In this document: positions 9,399-19,056 of the stretch, piece after piece
How positions within the stretch are numbered: position 1 is the stretch's first letter
Layout: the number at the start of each line of letters is the position of its first letter
From: Gammaproteobacteria bacterium
Lineage (GTDB): Bacteria; Pseudomonadota; Gammaproteobacteria; GCA-001735895
NCBI GenBank assembly: GCA_030066315.1
Contig: JASJBW010000002.1
Coordinates: 1-49,718 of the forward strand
Direction of reading: 5' to 3'
Length of the DNA: 49,718 bases
The notes under the pieces: generated by a model
Database searches by the model: none
What the model saw: the letters and a program-made list of their open reading frames with translations, nothing else
Told to the model about the DNA's origin: nothing
Position numbers and translations under genes: made by a program

Positions 9399-9752
9399 AT
9401 GGGTAAACGAGCTAAAATGCAACGACTGTTCGTATACGGAACTCTGGCACCGGGTAGAGCTAACCATAAAATCTTGCAGGATATCCTTGGCTCATGGGAA
9501 CCCGCGACAACCCGGGGTACGTTACTAGAAAAAGGCTGGGGGGCGGCTTTAGGCTATCCCGCGATGATTCCTTCAGCAAGCGGTGATGAGATTCAAGGCT
9601 ACCTGTTTTCTTCAGAAGACTTAGCAGAAAACTGGCCCATGCTGGACGATTTCGAAGGAGAGGGTTACGAACGCGTCACAGTGACCGTCAGTGTTGAGGG
9701 CAATAATAATGTGGAAGCCTATGTATATGCACTCAAGCGTGACACTGAATGA
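9399..9752 (+). CDS. Gamma-glutamylcyclotransferase (AIG2/GGACT-like) family protein
   Basis: 117 aa. LFVYGTLAPG motif and a later conserved acidic/Tyr core (GYERV). Confidence 0.7.
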   Translation: MGKRAKMQRLFVYGTLAPGRANHKILQDILGSWEPATTRGTLLEKGWGAALGYPAMIPSASGDEIQGYLFSSEDLAENWPMLDDFEGEGYERVTVTVSVEGNNNVEAYVYALKRDTE

Positions 9753-10044
9753 ATACCAAAGAGCTGACTAATTCTTATTGATGGCTTGACTCTTCCTTAA
9801 AACCATAAAAAACTTTTTCCTTTTGGGTCAAACACTCGCAATCTGTTCTCAGTCTCATTACCTTGGGTGCCAACAAGTAATTTAAACTGAGTTTTGGCAC
9901 CTCTTAATCACTGCTTTAGTTCGGTTATCTTTTGCTTGGAGAAGCGTTATAGAGTGATAGAATCAAAAACCGAAATTGAGTCGATCCTATAAGTGACTTT
10001 TTTCTATTCTTGTTAGTAGACGTCTGAGCTTCATTTTATGTTGT

Positions 10045-11406
10045 ATGAATTTTCCTTCTGATCATACTCCCGGTTCAAGCGATGTTTGGTTTCTACCACT
10101 CGGTGGTACCGGTGAAATTGGTATGAATATGAATCTGTATGGCCACAAGGGTCAGTGGTTGATGGTTGATTGTGGCGTGATGTTTGATAAAAACAGATTA
10201 CAACCTGATGGTAGTAACAGTGTAGTCTCGGCAGATCCACATTTTATCGCCCTTCGACGACAACGCCTTGTTGGCCTGGTTATCACCCATGCTCATGAAG
10301 ATCATATTGGTGCTGTCCCTTACCTTTGGAAAGAACTGAAATGCCCTGTCTACACAACCCCTTTCACCGCTGAAATATTGCGTCGCAAATTGTCCAATCT
10401 TGGATTACTCGATAGTGTTCCGATCATCGAAGTTGATACCGGTGAGGTACAACAGATAGGTCATTTCGGGATCGAGTGGCTAGCCATCACTCACTCTCTA
10501 CCAGAACCACATGCTTTGTTGTTGTGTGTAGGTAATATCAGAATATTTCACACTGCTGATTGGAAAATGGATCCCGACCCAGTGCTGGGTGAGGCTTTTA
10601 ACGCAAAACCATTCAAGCACATGGCATCCAAGAACATCACCGCCATGGTATGTGACTCCACCAACGCGATAGTACCAGGGCACAGTGTTTCCGAAGGGCA
10701 ATGTTTCGATGGTTTGCTGAGTTTGATAGGCCAAGCAAAAGGCCGTGTGATCGTGGCTTGTTTTGGCAGTAACGTAGCACGGCTCATTACCCTGTCCAGA
10801 ATCGCAAATTTTACAAACCGTTACATGGCTCTATATGGGCGATCACTACGTAATATGGTGAGTGCCGCACGGCGGACTGATCATTGGCCGGATGATGCAC
10901 GTGTAGCTGATGGTCGCCACTTGGGGTATTTACCGCGCCATGAAGTATTAGGGGTAGCTACTGGTAGCCAGGGTGAGCCGAAAGCGGCGCTCAAACGCAT
11001 GGCAATGGGTAACTTTCGAGATCTGGAATTGGATCCCGGTGACACGGTGATTTTTAGTTCAAAGGTAATTCCTGGCAATGAGGAGGCTGTGGCAGTGTTG
11101 ATAACGCAACTGCGTCAGCGCGACGTTATTGTCATTGAGGCCGCTGATTCCGAGTTACCGATTCATGCTTCGGGACATCCCTGCCAGGATGAGTTGAGGC
11201 AACTCTACCGCTGGGTGCAACCAAAAGTTGCGATACCTGTGCACGGTACGCTTGAACATATCAATGCTAATGCATCGATTGCCAGAGAGGTTGGTATACC
11301 TACACAATTAAGGGGTGAAAACGGTGACCTGTATCGTCTGGCGCCAGTTGTTGGTATTCAGCGTAAAGCGATCAAGACCGGACGACTGTATCATGATCTT
11401 AGATAA
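10045..11406 (+). CDS. Ribonuclease J-like metallo-beta-lactamase/beta-CASP hydrolase
   Basis: 453 aa with LGGTGEIGMN, the HAHEDHIGAVPYL motif and a late HASGH motif. Confidence 0.8.
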   Translation: MNFPSDHTPGSSDVWFLPLGGTGEIGMNMNLYGHKGQWLMVDCGVMFDKNRLQPDGSNSVVSADPHFIALRRQRLVGLVITHAHEDHIGAVPYLWKELKCPVYTTPFTAEILRRKLSNLGLLDSVPIIEVDTGEVQQIGHFGIEWLAITHSLPEPHALLLCVGNIRIFHTADWKMDPDPVLGEAFNAKPFKHMASKNITAMVCDSTNAIVPGHSVSEGQCFDGLLSLIGQAKGRVIVACFGSNVARLITLSRIANFTNRYMALYGRSLRNMVSAARRTDHWPDDARVADGRHLGYLPRHEVLGVATGSQGEPKAALKRMAMGNFRDLELDPGDTVIFSSKVIPGNEEAVAVLITQLRQRDVIVIEAADSELPIHASGHPCQDELRQLYRWVQPKVAIPVHGTLEHINANASIAREVGIPTQLRGENGDLYRLAPVVGIQRKAIKTGRLYHDLR

Positions 11407-11840
11407 TCTAAATCTGATGTCATCATTATATATGAAGAAAATCTCAAATACCCAAGAGACACTGCGAGCGAGACATGGATCATGGTCAATCGTTTTATTT
11501 ATACAAAGTATAGACAAAAGTCACACTCGATAATAATCTGAGAAATTTATTCGAAATTGAAATATTCAATAGATAACAACAATTTATAATGGTTTTATCA
11601 ATTGAAAGAATTAATGGGGAATCTATTTGAATTATCCACGCTTAACTATATCTAAGTCTTGTCTATTACATTTAATACTGACAGGAAAGATTATTGTGAG
11701 CGACTCAAAAATCATCATGGGTTGAACAGATCCTTCCACAGTTTTAGTTTTTAATCCAAACAGGCAGAACGCGGGTAACCAAACATTACTGACCTTCACC
11801 TGCGTCTCCCCTGTCTAAACATATACAATTGGAGACCTAT

Positions 11841-12149
11841 ATGAAAAACAAAAAAACCGATCAAACACGCCGCTCGTTCCTTAAAGGCATGGCTGCGATC
11901 CCTCTCGTAACTTTCGCAGGTTACCAAACAGCTGCTCAAGCTGGTGCCCACGGGATCATGCTATCCGTGGATGATCCTACCGCCAAAGCATTAGGTTATG
12001 TAGAAACCAGTGCGGTAGCGGGAAAGAACTGCGCAAACTGCAATCTGTATACCGGCACTGAAGGTGAAACTTCAGGACCTTGCGCCATTTTTCCTGGCAA
12101 GGCTGTCACAGCCGCCGGATATTGCAATTCTTGGATTCCAAAGATGTAA
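11841..12149 (+). CDS. High-potential iron-sulfur protein (HiPIP) with a Tat signal
   Basis: Twin-arginine motif TRRSFLKG and four Cys in HiPIP spacing (CANC ... C ... C). ATG lies 6 nt after GGAG; the track start at 11829 is a TTG extension. Confidence 0.85.
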   Translation: MKNKKTDQTRRSFLKGMAAIPLVTFAGYQTAAQAGAHGIMLSVDDPTAKALGYVETSAVAGKNCANCNLYTGTEGETSGPCAIFPGKAVTAAGYCNSWIPKM

Positions 12150-12163
12150 TCAACACGTTAAAA

Positions 12164-12206
12164 CCGGATTGACGATCTCACGATCTCAATCCGGGCTCTC
12201 TTTTTT
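12164..12206 (+). terminator. Rho-independent terminator after the HiPIP gene
   Basis: ccggattga / tcaatccgg 9-bp stem. The loop contains a tandem cgatctca duplication. A T6 tract follows shortly downstream. Confidence 0.6.
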
Positions 12207-12229
12207 ACCTCCCTTATTAATCATTTTAA

Positions 12230-12481
12230 ATGATATTCACCGAATCCCATCAATCTAGAATCATTGAAATGGCGTGGGAAGATAGGACGCCATTTGAAGC
12301 CATCCAAACTCAGTATGGCTTGAGTGAGCAACAAGTGACTCAATTGATGCGCCGCTCTTTGAAATCGAATAGTTTCAAGTTGTGGCGACAACGAGTAACA
12401 GGGCGGACCACCAAACATTTCAAGCTTCGCAGTAAAGGAGTCAGCAGAGGTTATTGCCCATCACAATATAAACATCGATGA
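12230..12481 (+). CDS. TIGR03643 / DUF2805 family protein
   Basis: 83 aa with IIEMAWEDRTPFEAIQTQYGLSEQQV and KLWRQRVTGRTTKH, which matches the family as I recall it. Confidence 0.65.
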   Translation: MIFTESHQSRIIEMAWEDRTPFEAIQTQYGLSEQQVTQLMRRSLKSNSFKLWRQRVTGRTTKHFKLRSKGVSRGYCPSQYKHR

Positions 12482-12582
12482 TCCTGTTTTAAGCGCATAG
12501 AATTGAAAGAATCTTGTACTCAACCTGAAATGCTTATTATTTTTTTCAAAAACATCCAGGCTAAAAGGCTTAGGAATATGTT

Positions 12583-13104
12583 ATGACCCAACTCTTACTG
12601 GTATCTTTAACCGCTTTTACATTGTTTATGGCAAAGCCTGTTTACGCCAATATTGAGATCGTTTTTATTGAAAGCGCGCCAAAAGATCGATTTGTAATTA
12701 AGAATACAGGCAAATGCGTTTTACAAAATATTCTTGTGAAAATCGATCTCTCTCAAAGCTCAGGAAGCCTGATTTTTGATACAACAGCGACTGGCGCAGG
12801 GGTAGAAGTGTTTCAGCCATTTGAAGTAACTGCTGGAGCCATTGAACTTATTTCCTCAGCAGTTGTTGAAGATGGAGACACCCATTTAACTATAAATATA
12901 GAAACATTACAGCCAGGAAAAGGTGCCAGCTTCACTATTGATGTAGACGACACCTTACCCGTCAGTGAACTGGGAAAAACTCGTATAGCGGGCTCTGAGA
13001 TCAGTGGAGGTTTGGTTAAAGTTCGTTTAGAAGATCAAAAACCTATAATTGCTTTATTTGATACTGATAGCAAAGCCAAGGTCTCTTTAACACTTTGCCC
13101 ATAG
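12583..13104 (+). CDS. Secreted hypothetical protein (signal peptide, beta-rich)
   Basis: Signal peptide LFMAKPVYA|N. No recognisable domain. Two Cys (near the N- and C-termini) could form a disulfide. Confidence 0.55.
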   Translation: MTQLLLVSLTAFTLFMAKPVYANIEIVFIESAPKDRFVIKNTGKCVLQNILVKIDLSQSSGSLIFDTTATGAGVEVFQPFEVTAGAIELISSAVVEDGDTHLTINIETLQPGKGASFTIDVDDTLPVSELGKTRIAGSEISGGLVKVRLEDQKPIIALFDTDSKAKVSLTLCP

Positions 13105-13403
13105 TTTTGCGTCTCAACGCAATCAATATATTTACTTTCAGTCTATAGCTGATATGCAGCTTTTCAATTTAAATATGAACTTCCAATTGAGCAACCATTT
13201 ACTTTGCCAGACTTGAGACATAATAACTCACTAATATCGGGATTCACTCACGCCATCAGTAAATAAACCCTGTATAAATTACAGAATGTTTAAAATCGAT
13301 AACATATCTCTAGGATCTCCCTGGATAGCCTTCAATGGAACGGTAAAAAGATAATCTATTTTTCTATTACAACTCGATACATATAATTTTAGAGGATCAT
13401 AAA

Positions 13404-13787
13404 ATGCATCACGACCTGGAAGCCAATAAACTAAATGCCATTGCTTTTTATCGTACCGCATACCTGGGCAACCCATCCAAGGCGGTAGAAGATTATGTGG
13501 GTCAGGAATACATACAACATAATCCACTGGTCGGTGACGGCAAACAGCCTTTCATCGACTATTTTGAAGCCATGGCCCGGGATTATCCTGAGAAATCCAT
13601 CGAATTTGTGCGGGCCGTCGCTGAGGGGGATCTAGTGGCCGTGCACACTCATCAGACCTGGCCCGGTAACGAGGAATATGTGACGATGGATTTTTTCAGG
13701 TTTGATAATGAGGGTAAAATTGTAGAACACTGGGATTCAATCCAAATGATCCCCAATGAATCAAAACATGATAATCCCATGTATTGA
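13404..13787 (+). CDS. SnoaL-like / NTF2-fold protein
   Basis: 127 aa. NKLNAIAFYRTAY ... YIQHNP ... HTHQTW ... IVEHWD is typical of SnoaL-like (COG4922-type) proteins. Confidence 0.65.
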   Translation: MHHDLEANKLNAIAFYRTAYLGNPSKAVEDYVGQEYIQHNPLVGDGKQPFIDYFEAMARDYPEKSIEFVRAVAEGDLVAVHTHQTWPGNEEYVTMDFFRFDNEGKIVEHWDSIQMIPNESKHDNPMY

Positions 13788-13832
13788 ATTTGAAAATGTT
13801 AATCGCTTCGTCATTGTTGTCAAACGATGAAA

Positions 13833-14762
13833 CTAGGTTTCGAAAATACGCATGTCTTTACTCATCGGCGTGATGGTGGCATCTTTTTCTTTTGCCTTGA
13901 CGTTGGATTCCTGAGGTGCATTGCGTCGTAATCGGGCTTCCACGCGAATGGCCGACATTCGGCGTTGATCATTCACCTCGGGATACAGGGGGAAATATTG
14001 ATCGACCTCGATGGCATATTCTTTAGCCGCTAATTCCAATCGCTCCCGATCATTTTTTGCTAACCCTTGGAGCATCAGCAAGCGAGGGGCATTACGCATC
14101 AGATAACGATGGCACAAATCATGGTCTGCTTCGTGATGCCAATCTTCATTCACCATTAAACAGGGGAAAGCATCCGTTTCAGAATCACTTCTTACAAACC
14201 AGGCAGCTTGCGGATTGTTTCCAGCCCGCCTGGACACCAGGCTTTGAAAGCGATGATTCACAGGAGCTTCATTGCGCGCCTGTTCTCCCGCCGTATTCTC
14301 AATCTTTAATTTCGAATGCGGAATCGCGGTCCAAGAGGATTGCGATGGGAAAGAGGTCATTTGTGATTCTTCGCAACAGGAGAATATCAATGCCAATGGA
14401 GACTCATCCTTGCCATCTAACAGCCAGTATTCAAAGCTATCCGCCATGGGAAAAGGCAATTGTGCAGTCTGCAGAAACTCTGACAATTCGTTGATACAGT
14501 CTTCAATTTCAGCAGCGTCCAGAATAGCGGGCAACACATAAGGTGTCAGTTGATGATTATGCAGTTTCGCAACCTTGAAATAACTTCGGTCAAGACCATA
14601 GCCTTGTTTGCGCTGGTGATCATTACCTTGATCATTACCGGGTAGATATTGGATTTCCCAGCTGATGCCATCAAAACTTTGAGCCCGTGCACGCTCAGAC
14701 TCAGCAATTTGCACACAACCGGAATAGAGCGGCAATATACGTTGTGAATAGGCACGAATCAT
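13833..14762 (-). CDS. Hypothetical protein, no domain recognised
   Basis: 309-aa ORF with no competing long frame of better quality; the shadow ORFs on the + strand look spurious. No motif recognised. Confidence 0.5.
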   Translation of the reverse strand: MIRAYSQRILPLYSGCVQIAESERARAQSFDGISWEIQYLPGNDQGNDHQRKQGYGLDRSYFKVAKLHNHQLTPYVLPAILDAAEIEDCINELSEFLQTAQLPFPMADSFEYWLLDGKDESPLALIFSCCEESQMTSFPSQSSWTAIPHSKLKIENTAGEQARNEAPVNHRFQSLVSRRAGNNPQAAWFVRSDSETDAFPCLMVNEDWHHEADHDLCHRYLMRNAPRLLMLQGLAKNDRERLELAAKEYAIEVDQYFPLYPEVNDQRRMSAIRVEARLRRNAPQESNVKAKEKDATITPMSKDMRIFET

Positions 14763-15070
14763 CGGTTAATAATGCTGCCTTTTCCCTGTATATTAACCTG
14801 AATAGCCATGGGTTTATTCTTATAGAAAAAAGTATTCTATTTAAACCAATAATTTAATATTATTCAGGACTGGACACAATCCAGCACAGGTTGAATACTC
14901 AAACACCTGACTGTTACCACGAATCACTGATCAAATCATTAACCCTGACTTTTTTAGGGATACCAGTTTGCGCAATTATTTATACTCAAAAGTTCGTTTT
15001 CATTCGTAACAATCTTCGACAGCTATTGATTCTTTGCAACAGTCGTTTCTAACACTTAAGGAGGGAGTCA

Positions 15071-15481
15071 TTGAAAAAACTAGAAAAAATAATTTGGACC
15101 GAGGAATTCAGCGTAGGTCACAAACAATTAAACGATCAACATCTTAAAATCGTATCGTTTATCAATGAATTGATAGAATCCCCGATTAATGACCAGGTCG
15201 ATGCATTAAAATGCATCAGCAGGATGTTGGAATATTCCAAGGAACATCTTGAGTATGAAGAAGGACTACTCGAGCGTCATAATTATCCCGAAGCCTCATC
15301 CCATTCTATTATCCATCAATTCTATGTTAGAAAAGTGGAGAATTTTTTAAAGATGTCCTTTCATGAACCCCATATTTTCAGAACTGAAGTACTGAGTTTT
15401 CTGAAAGAATGGTGGACTTACCATATTCTGGAAGAGGATATGAAATATCGCCCCTTTCTTGAGGAAAAAGGAATAGCCTAA
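15071..15481 (+). CDS. Bacteriohemerythrin (hemerythrin-like metal-binding protein)
   Basis: IIWTEEFSVGHKQLNDQH start is typical of bacteriohemerythrins, with further His/Glu ligand positions (HLEYEE, HSIIH). GGAGGGAG SD and TTG start. Confidence 0.8.
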   Translation: MKKLEKIIWTEEFSVGHKQLNDQHLKIVSFINELIESPINDQVDALKCISRMLEYSKEHLEYEEGLLERHNYPEASSHSIIHQFYVRKVENFLKMSFHEPHIFRTEVLSFLKEWWTYHILEEDMKYRPFLEEKGIA

Positions 15482-15608
15482 ATATTCAATACGGCCGCCA
15501 AGTCGTCTTAACGGAATATCAGTAATCAACGCTGAATAGGCATTAGATTATTTTCAAAAGCCAGCCACCCAAAAAGATGCCCTAGCTACCACTTTGCAAG
15601 AAATTATA

Positions 15609-15869
15609 TTAATGCATTGCGGATAAACTTTTATCCCCTTTTGGAGTGATAAAAATTTTCATGATCTGTGCTGACATCTCGCCATCAGCTGTAACTGCTG
15701 CAGTCCATTTAGGTAAAGCTTGTGCCAGCCAAATCATAAAAACTATCAAGATAAACTTTTGACTCGTTGTTAACCCACTGTAACGAGACCTCATTTTTGG
15801 CTTGATTGTCAGCGCTGAAGTGCTTGTGCGTATCATCTTAACTCTTACAAAATAAAAACAAGTAGCCAA
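15609..15869 (-). CDS. Small hypothetical membrane protein (weak call)
   Basis: 86-aa ORF with one hydrophobic segment (FILIVFMIWLAQAL). Start uncertain and no motif recognised. Confidence 0.25.
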   Translation of the reverse strand: MATCFYFVRVKMIRTSTSALTIKPKMRSRYSGLTTSQKFILIVFMIWLAQALPKWTAAVTADGEMSAQIMKIFITPKGDKSLSAMH

Positions 15870-16330
15870 TCATATGAACGTCTCAGCAAAATACACCGAC
15901 TGCATATTACTGAACTAGCGAAAGAAAAAATTTTGATTAAGATAAAGATACTGATGTGAAATATATGTCAAATGAACGTGAATTTTTTCTAAACACCCTT
16001 CACACCTATTTAAAGCAGCCCGCAAGTTCTTGTATCGATCATAATCACTGTTAACAATTCAAGCATCAGAAATCTACATTCAGTTTTAAATACTTGGCTC
16101 ATTTAGTTTGTTGGTAGTGGCTTGCACCAGCCATCGACATAGCCTTTCAAACCTTGATAAGTTTTAAAAAAATGTTCCATAGTTAATTTATGATTTAAAA
16201 AATAAGCCTAGGGTTCATCAATCACAATATCAAGTCCGGTAATAAGATTAATGATTATCATCATGAAACGCGAACTAATCCTGACTATTTTAGTCAGTTA
16301 TTATGAATATTTTAATTTTTGGAGATAGAT

Positions 16331-16777
16331 ATGAATAATCTGATTAATGACTTTCCTTACAATGGCGTCATTACGGTCAATCGGGTCATTCTAAAACCTG
16401 AGTATACTGTAGACGACCTTCAGGAACGTGTGGCCCTGTTATGCGAGAACGTCAAAACTTACCATTCAGACACTGGTTTTGTAGGTGGATTTGTCGCTCT
16501 TAACAGCGGCGATATTTCAAACGAAGGATCGACCATAGGACAACCTGTTACAAGTGCTCTGAAAGAAAGAGAAGCTCTCATTATTACATTCTGGAATAGC
16601 TTGGAAGAACATGAGGCCTCTCATCGAAGTGATACCTTTCAGCCTCTCTTTCGACAAGTTCTTGAGTTGTGTGAAAATGGAAACGAGGAGATAGCCTACG
16701 ATATGCTTTGGTCAGGTAAAGCTTATTCCCCAGAAGACGCTAAAGCAGCTCGCCTGGCAAAAGCTATAGCGGCATAA
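16331..16777 (+). CDS. Hypothetical protein, possibly a dimeric alpha+beta barrel (ABM-like)
   Basis: ATG 6 nt after GGAG. The ITFWNSLEEHEASHRSDTFQPLF segment resembles ABM-domain proteins. A strong terminator follows. Confidence 0.5.
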   Translation: MNNLINDFPYNGVITVNRVILKPEYTVDDLQERVALLCENVKTYHSDTGFVGGFVALNSGDISNEGSTIGQPVTSALKEREALIITFWNSLEEHEASHRSDTFQPLFRQVLELCENGNEEIAYDMLWSGKAYSPEDAKAARLAKAIAA

Positions 16778-16792
16778 CCGTTCTTCTCACAA

Positions 16793-16820
16793 AACCAGCT
16801 TCTGCGGAAGCTGGTTTTTT
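16793..16820 (+). terminator. Rho-independent terminator
   Basis: aaccagcttc-tgcg-gaagctggtt stem-loop followed by a T-run. Confidence 0.85.
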
Positions 16821-16909
16821 ATTTATATTTATTGAGATAAAATCTGTTTTTGGCAGCTTTACATCCAGTATAAAAATACCAAAAGATAATATTCCCTCCG
16901 CTATACCTC

Positions 16910-17323
16910 TTAAGCCAAATAAATCGTTACAGTTATTAATAACAACATTTGCATGGCGTTGATCATGACACTCGCTTTGTGCAACCGCTCAAATTGGCTT
17001 TTTGCAGTAACATTACCCTCCTTAGCCAAATCACGTGAGCGATTGATGGCAGGCATAAGCAACTGGCGCGCAATAACAAAAAGAACAAAAACGAGCAGTG
17101 ACGACATCAATAGCCAGATTGAAATAAATACCGAGATAACTACCATCACCAGCGAAATAATCATGCCCCATAGGTAATAACGCGGGAACAAACCCCGTAA
17201 AAACAGACCTGCCTCTCTTTCTGAAACAAACCGGAATACACTCGGCGCTACTACAGCGGCGAAAAAAAGCATACTACCGAGTAATACACAATGAACAATC
17301 AACAAGGCTGAGTGCAGAATCAC
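16910..17323 (-). CDS. DUF4149 (TMEM205-like) membrane protein
   Basis: 137 aa, 4 TM segments. The N-terminal GSMLFFAAVVAPSVF and FPRYYLWG motifs are typical of DUF4149. Confidence 0.65.
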   Translation of the reverse strand: MILHSALLIVHCVLLGSMLFFAAVVAPSVFRFVSEREAGLFLRGLFPRYYLWGMIISLVMVVISVFISIWLLMSSLLVFVLFVIARQLLMPAINRSRDLAKEGNVTAKSQFERLHKASVMINAMQMLLLITVTIYLA

Positions 17324-17523
17324 GACTCCCTCCTAATTTGGACAATTATTGGACAATATTAACGAATATTTATGGAAGAAGTATACATTACTAGCTAAAA
17401 AAAAGTCATATATATATTAACTCATTAGAATTATTAACTAATTTGATAATTTATCGCCTTTGCTATTGAATTTAATTGATGCAATTATATCTAACTATTG
17501 TCTATGTCAATTATTGGTATATT

Positions 17524-18300
17524 ATGAAAATTTTAATCGCTACTCTCGTTACAACCGCTATCATTTTGCCCGGAACGGCCTCTGCGGGACATTGCATGTC
17601 AAAGGGCTACAACAAGCACAAGGATTATGGCTTGCACGGCAGTTATCATCCTTATGCAAACCAGCACGGTAAATACATGATGAAAAGGCACTATCGCGGC
17701 CATTACCCCCATGGCCAAAATATGTCGCAGAAAAGTCAGTACGGTCACCATGGCTACAAGCCCCATTCACCCCATCATGCAGGAGCAAACATGTATCTTC
17801 ACTTACCCAAAGACAACCATTCAGCGACTCAATCTGAACCCCCGAAACCTGTGACATCGCCCATACCGAACGCTGCTGAAGCTGACAACAATCAGCTCAC
17901 AGATTTACTGTCGACGGCAGGTAGCGCAGGGCAATTTAATACTCTCATAGAGGCGGTTAAATCAGCGGGGCTTGAGTCGACACTCACCGGCGAAGGTCCT
18001 TTCACAGTGTTTGCACCAACCGACGAGGCTTTCTCACGTTTACCGGAAAGTATTCTAAAGGCACTGACTGAAGATACCCAAGCGCTCACCGACCTGTTGA
18101 CCACTCATATCATTTCAGGGGAAGTCAAGGCCGCTGACGTAGCCGGTTTAGAAAGCGCCCAGAGTGTACAGGGATCAACCCTGGCTATCACTACCAGCGA
18201 CAGTGTCAGAATAAATGGTGCCAAAGTTATTTCTACTGATATTCAAGCCAGTAATGGCATCATTCATGTGATCGATAGCGTCATATTTCCACAGTCTTAA
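17524..18300 (+). CDS. Secreted fasciclin (FAS1) domain protein with an N-terminal His/Tyr/Gly-rich region
   Basis: Signal peptide MKILIATLVTTAIILPGTASA, then ~80 aa rich in H, Y, G, K and M. FAS1 blocks follow: FTVFAPTDEAF and NGIIHVIDSVIFP. The track start at 17476 is an unlikely extension. Confidence 0.85.
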   Translation: MKILIATLVTTAIILPGTASAGHCMSKGYNKHKDYGLHGSYHPYANQHGKYMMKRHYRGHYPHGQNMSQKSQYGHHGYKPHSPHHAGANMYLHLPKDNHSATQSEPPKPVTSPIPNAAEADNNQLTDLLSTAGSAGQFNTLIEAVKSAGLESTLTGEGPFTVFAPTDEAFSRLPESILKALTEDTQALTDLLTTHIISGEVKAADVAGLESAQSVQGSTLAITTSDSVRINGAKVISTDIQASNGIIHVIDSVIFPQS

Positions 18301-18334
18301 TCCATTACCTTTTTAGGAAACCCTTTTTTAATTC

Positions 18335-18363
18335 TGACCCGGTTGATTCCGGGTCAATTTTTT
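18335..18363 (+). terminator. Rho-independent terminator after the fasciclin gene
   Basis: tgacccgg-ttgatt-ccgggtca followed by a-tttttt. Confidence 0.75.
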
Positions 18364-18379
18364 CAACTCGGAGAAAATC

Positions 18380-19051
18380 ATGTTACGAAAATCAATCATT
18401 AATAAAAGTAAAACTCTTGGTCTGACGTTTGCTACCATTTTATTCAGTGCACCGATACACGCATATCAACAGGGTTACGGCGGCACTTACGGTGATAGCG
18501 GTGGTGACAGTAGTAGCGGAATGGGCATGGGCATGGGATCCGGTTCAGGATCTTATACTGGTTCGGGCTATAATTACCAGCGCCCACCCCGTCCACCGAT
18601 GCGTCCTTTTGATTATCAGCGATCTCCAATGCCACCGATGCGTCCTTATGGTTATCAGCGCCCCCCGATGCCACCCATGCGACCTTATGGTTATCAACGC
18701 CCACCGATGACACCCATGCCTTCTTACGGCTATCGCTCAGCACCCATGACGCCACCCGCTTCATCAGCAGCCCCTTCAGCGCCAGCAGAACAGGCTGGTG
18801 ATTCAATAACAGCGAAAATCCAGGGCATGGCATTTCAGCCCTTGAACCTGACGGTTAAAGCTGGAGCAACAGTAACATGGGTTAATAATGACAATGCACC
18901 TCATACCGTGACGGGAACCAATACAGGTCTGCTTGCATCCGGCACCCTGAATCGTGGTGACCGTTACAGCATCACTTTTGATCAGCCCGGAACTTATAAC
19001 TATTACTGCAAGTTTCACCCCAATATGCGGGCATCCATTACTGTCGAGTAA
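18380..19051 (+). CDS. Secreted cupredoxin (plastocyanin/amicyanin-like) with a Gly/Ser/Met stretch and four 13-aa Pro/Met repeats
   Basis: Signal peptide ...SAPIHA|Y; (GM)3 and GS run; 4 x QRPPMPPMRPYGY-type repeats. The C-terminal blue-copper domain has ligand context NAPHTV ... YYCKFHPNM. Confidence 0.8.
   Translation: MLRKSIINKSKTLGLTFATILFSAPIHAYQQGYGGTYGDSGGDSSSGMGMGMGSGSGSYTGSGYNYQRPPRPPMRPFDYQRSPMPPMRPYGYQRPPMPPMRPYGYQRPPMTPMPSYGYRSAPMTPPASSAAPSAPAEQAGDSITAKIQGMAFQPLNLTVKAGATVTWVNNDNAPHTVTGTNTGLLASGTLNRGDRYSITFDQPGTYNYYCKFHPNMRASITVE
18578..18733 (+). repeat. Four tandem 39-bp (13-codon) coding repeats
   Basis: QRPPRPPMRPFDY / QRSPMPPMRPYGY / QRPPMPPMRPYGY / QRPPMTPMPSYGY (aa 67-118 of the cupredoxin ORF). 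Confidence 0.9.
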
Positions 19052-19056
19052 ATATT

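Noticed and set aside
9866-9901. 8-bp stem (ggtgccaa/ttggcacc) with a 20-nt loop downstream of the GGCT-like gene, considered as a terminator or small RNA
   Set aside because: The loop is large, the stem is short and no T-run follows on either strand. That is not enough to call a feature.
17460-17672. 70-aa ORF, and the 16-aa N-terminal extension of the fasciclin ORF starting at 17476
   Set aside because: The ATG at 17524 begins a textbook signal peptide. The upstream codons lie in an AT-rich promoter-like sequence.
100-18733. Possibility that the repeat tracts (Lys-rich gene, 39-bp repeats) represent a CRISPR array
   Set aside because: The repeats are in-frame coding repeats without unique spacers of CRISPR size, and no cas genes are in the window.
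18429-18833. Alternative-frame ORFs across the cupredoxin repeat region (18429-18710 +, 18444-18833 -)
   Set aside because: They are open only because of the repetitive Pro/Met codons. The annotated frame alone has the signal peptide and the copper-ligand domain.
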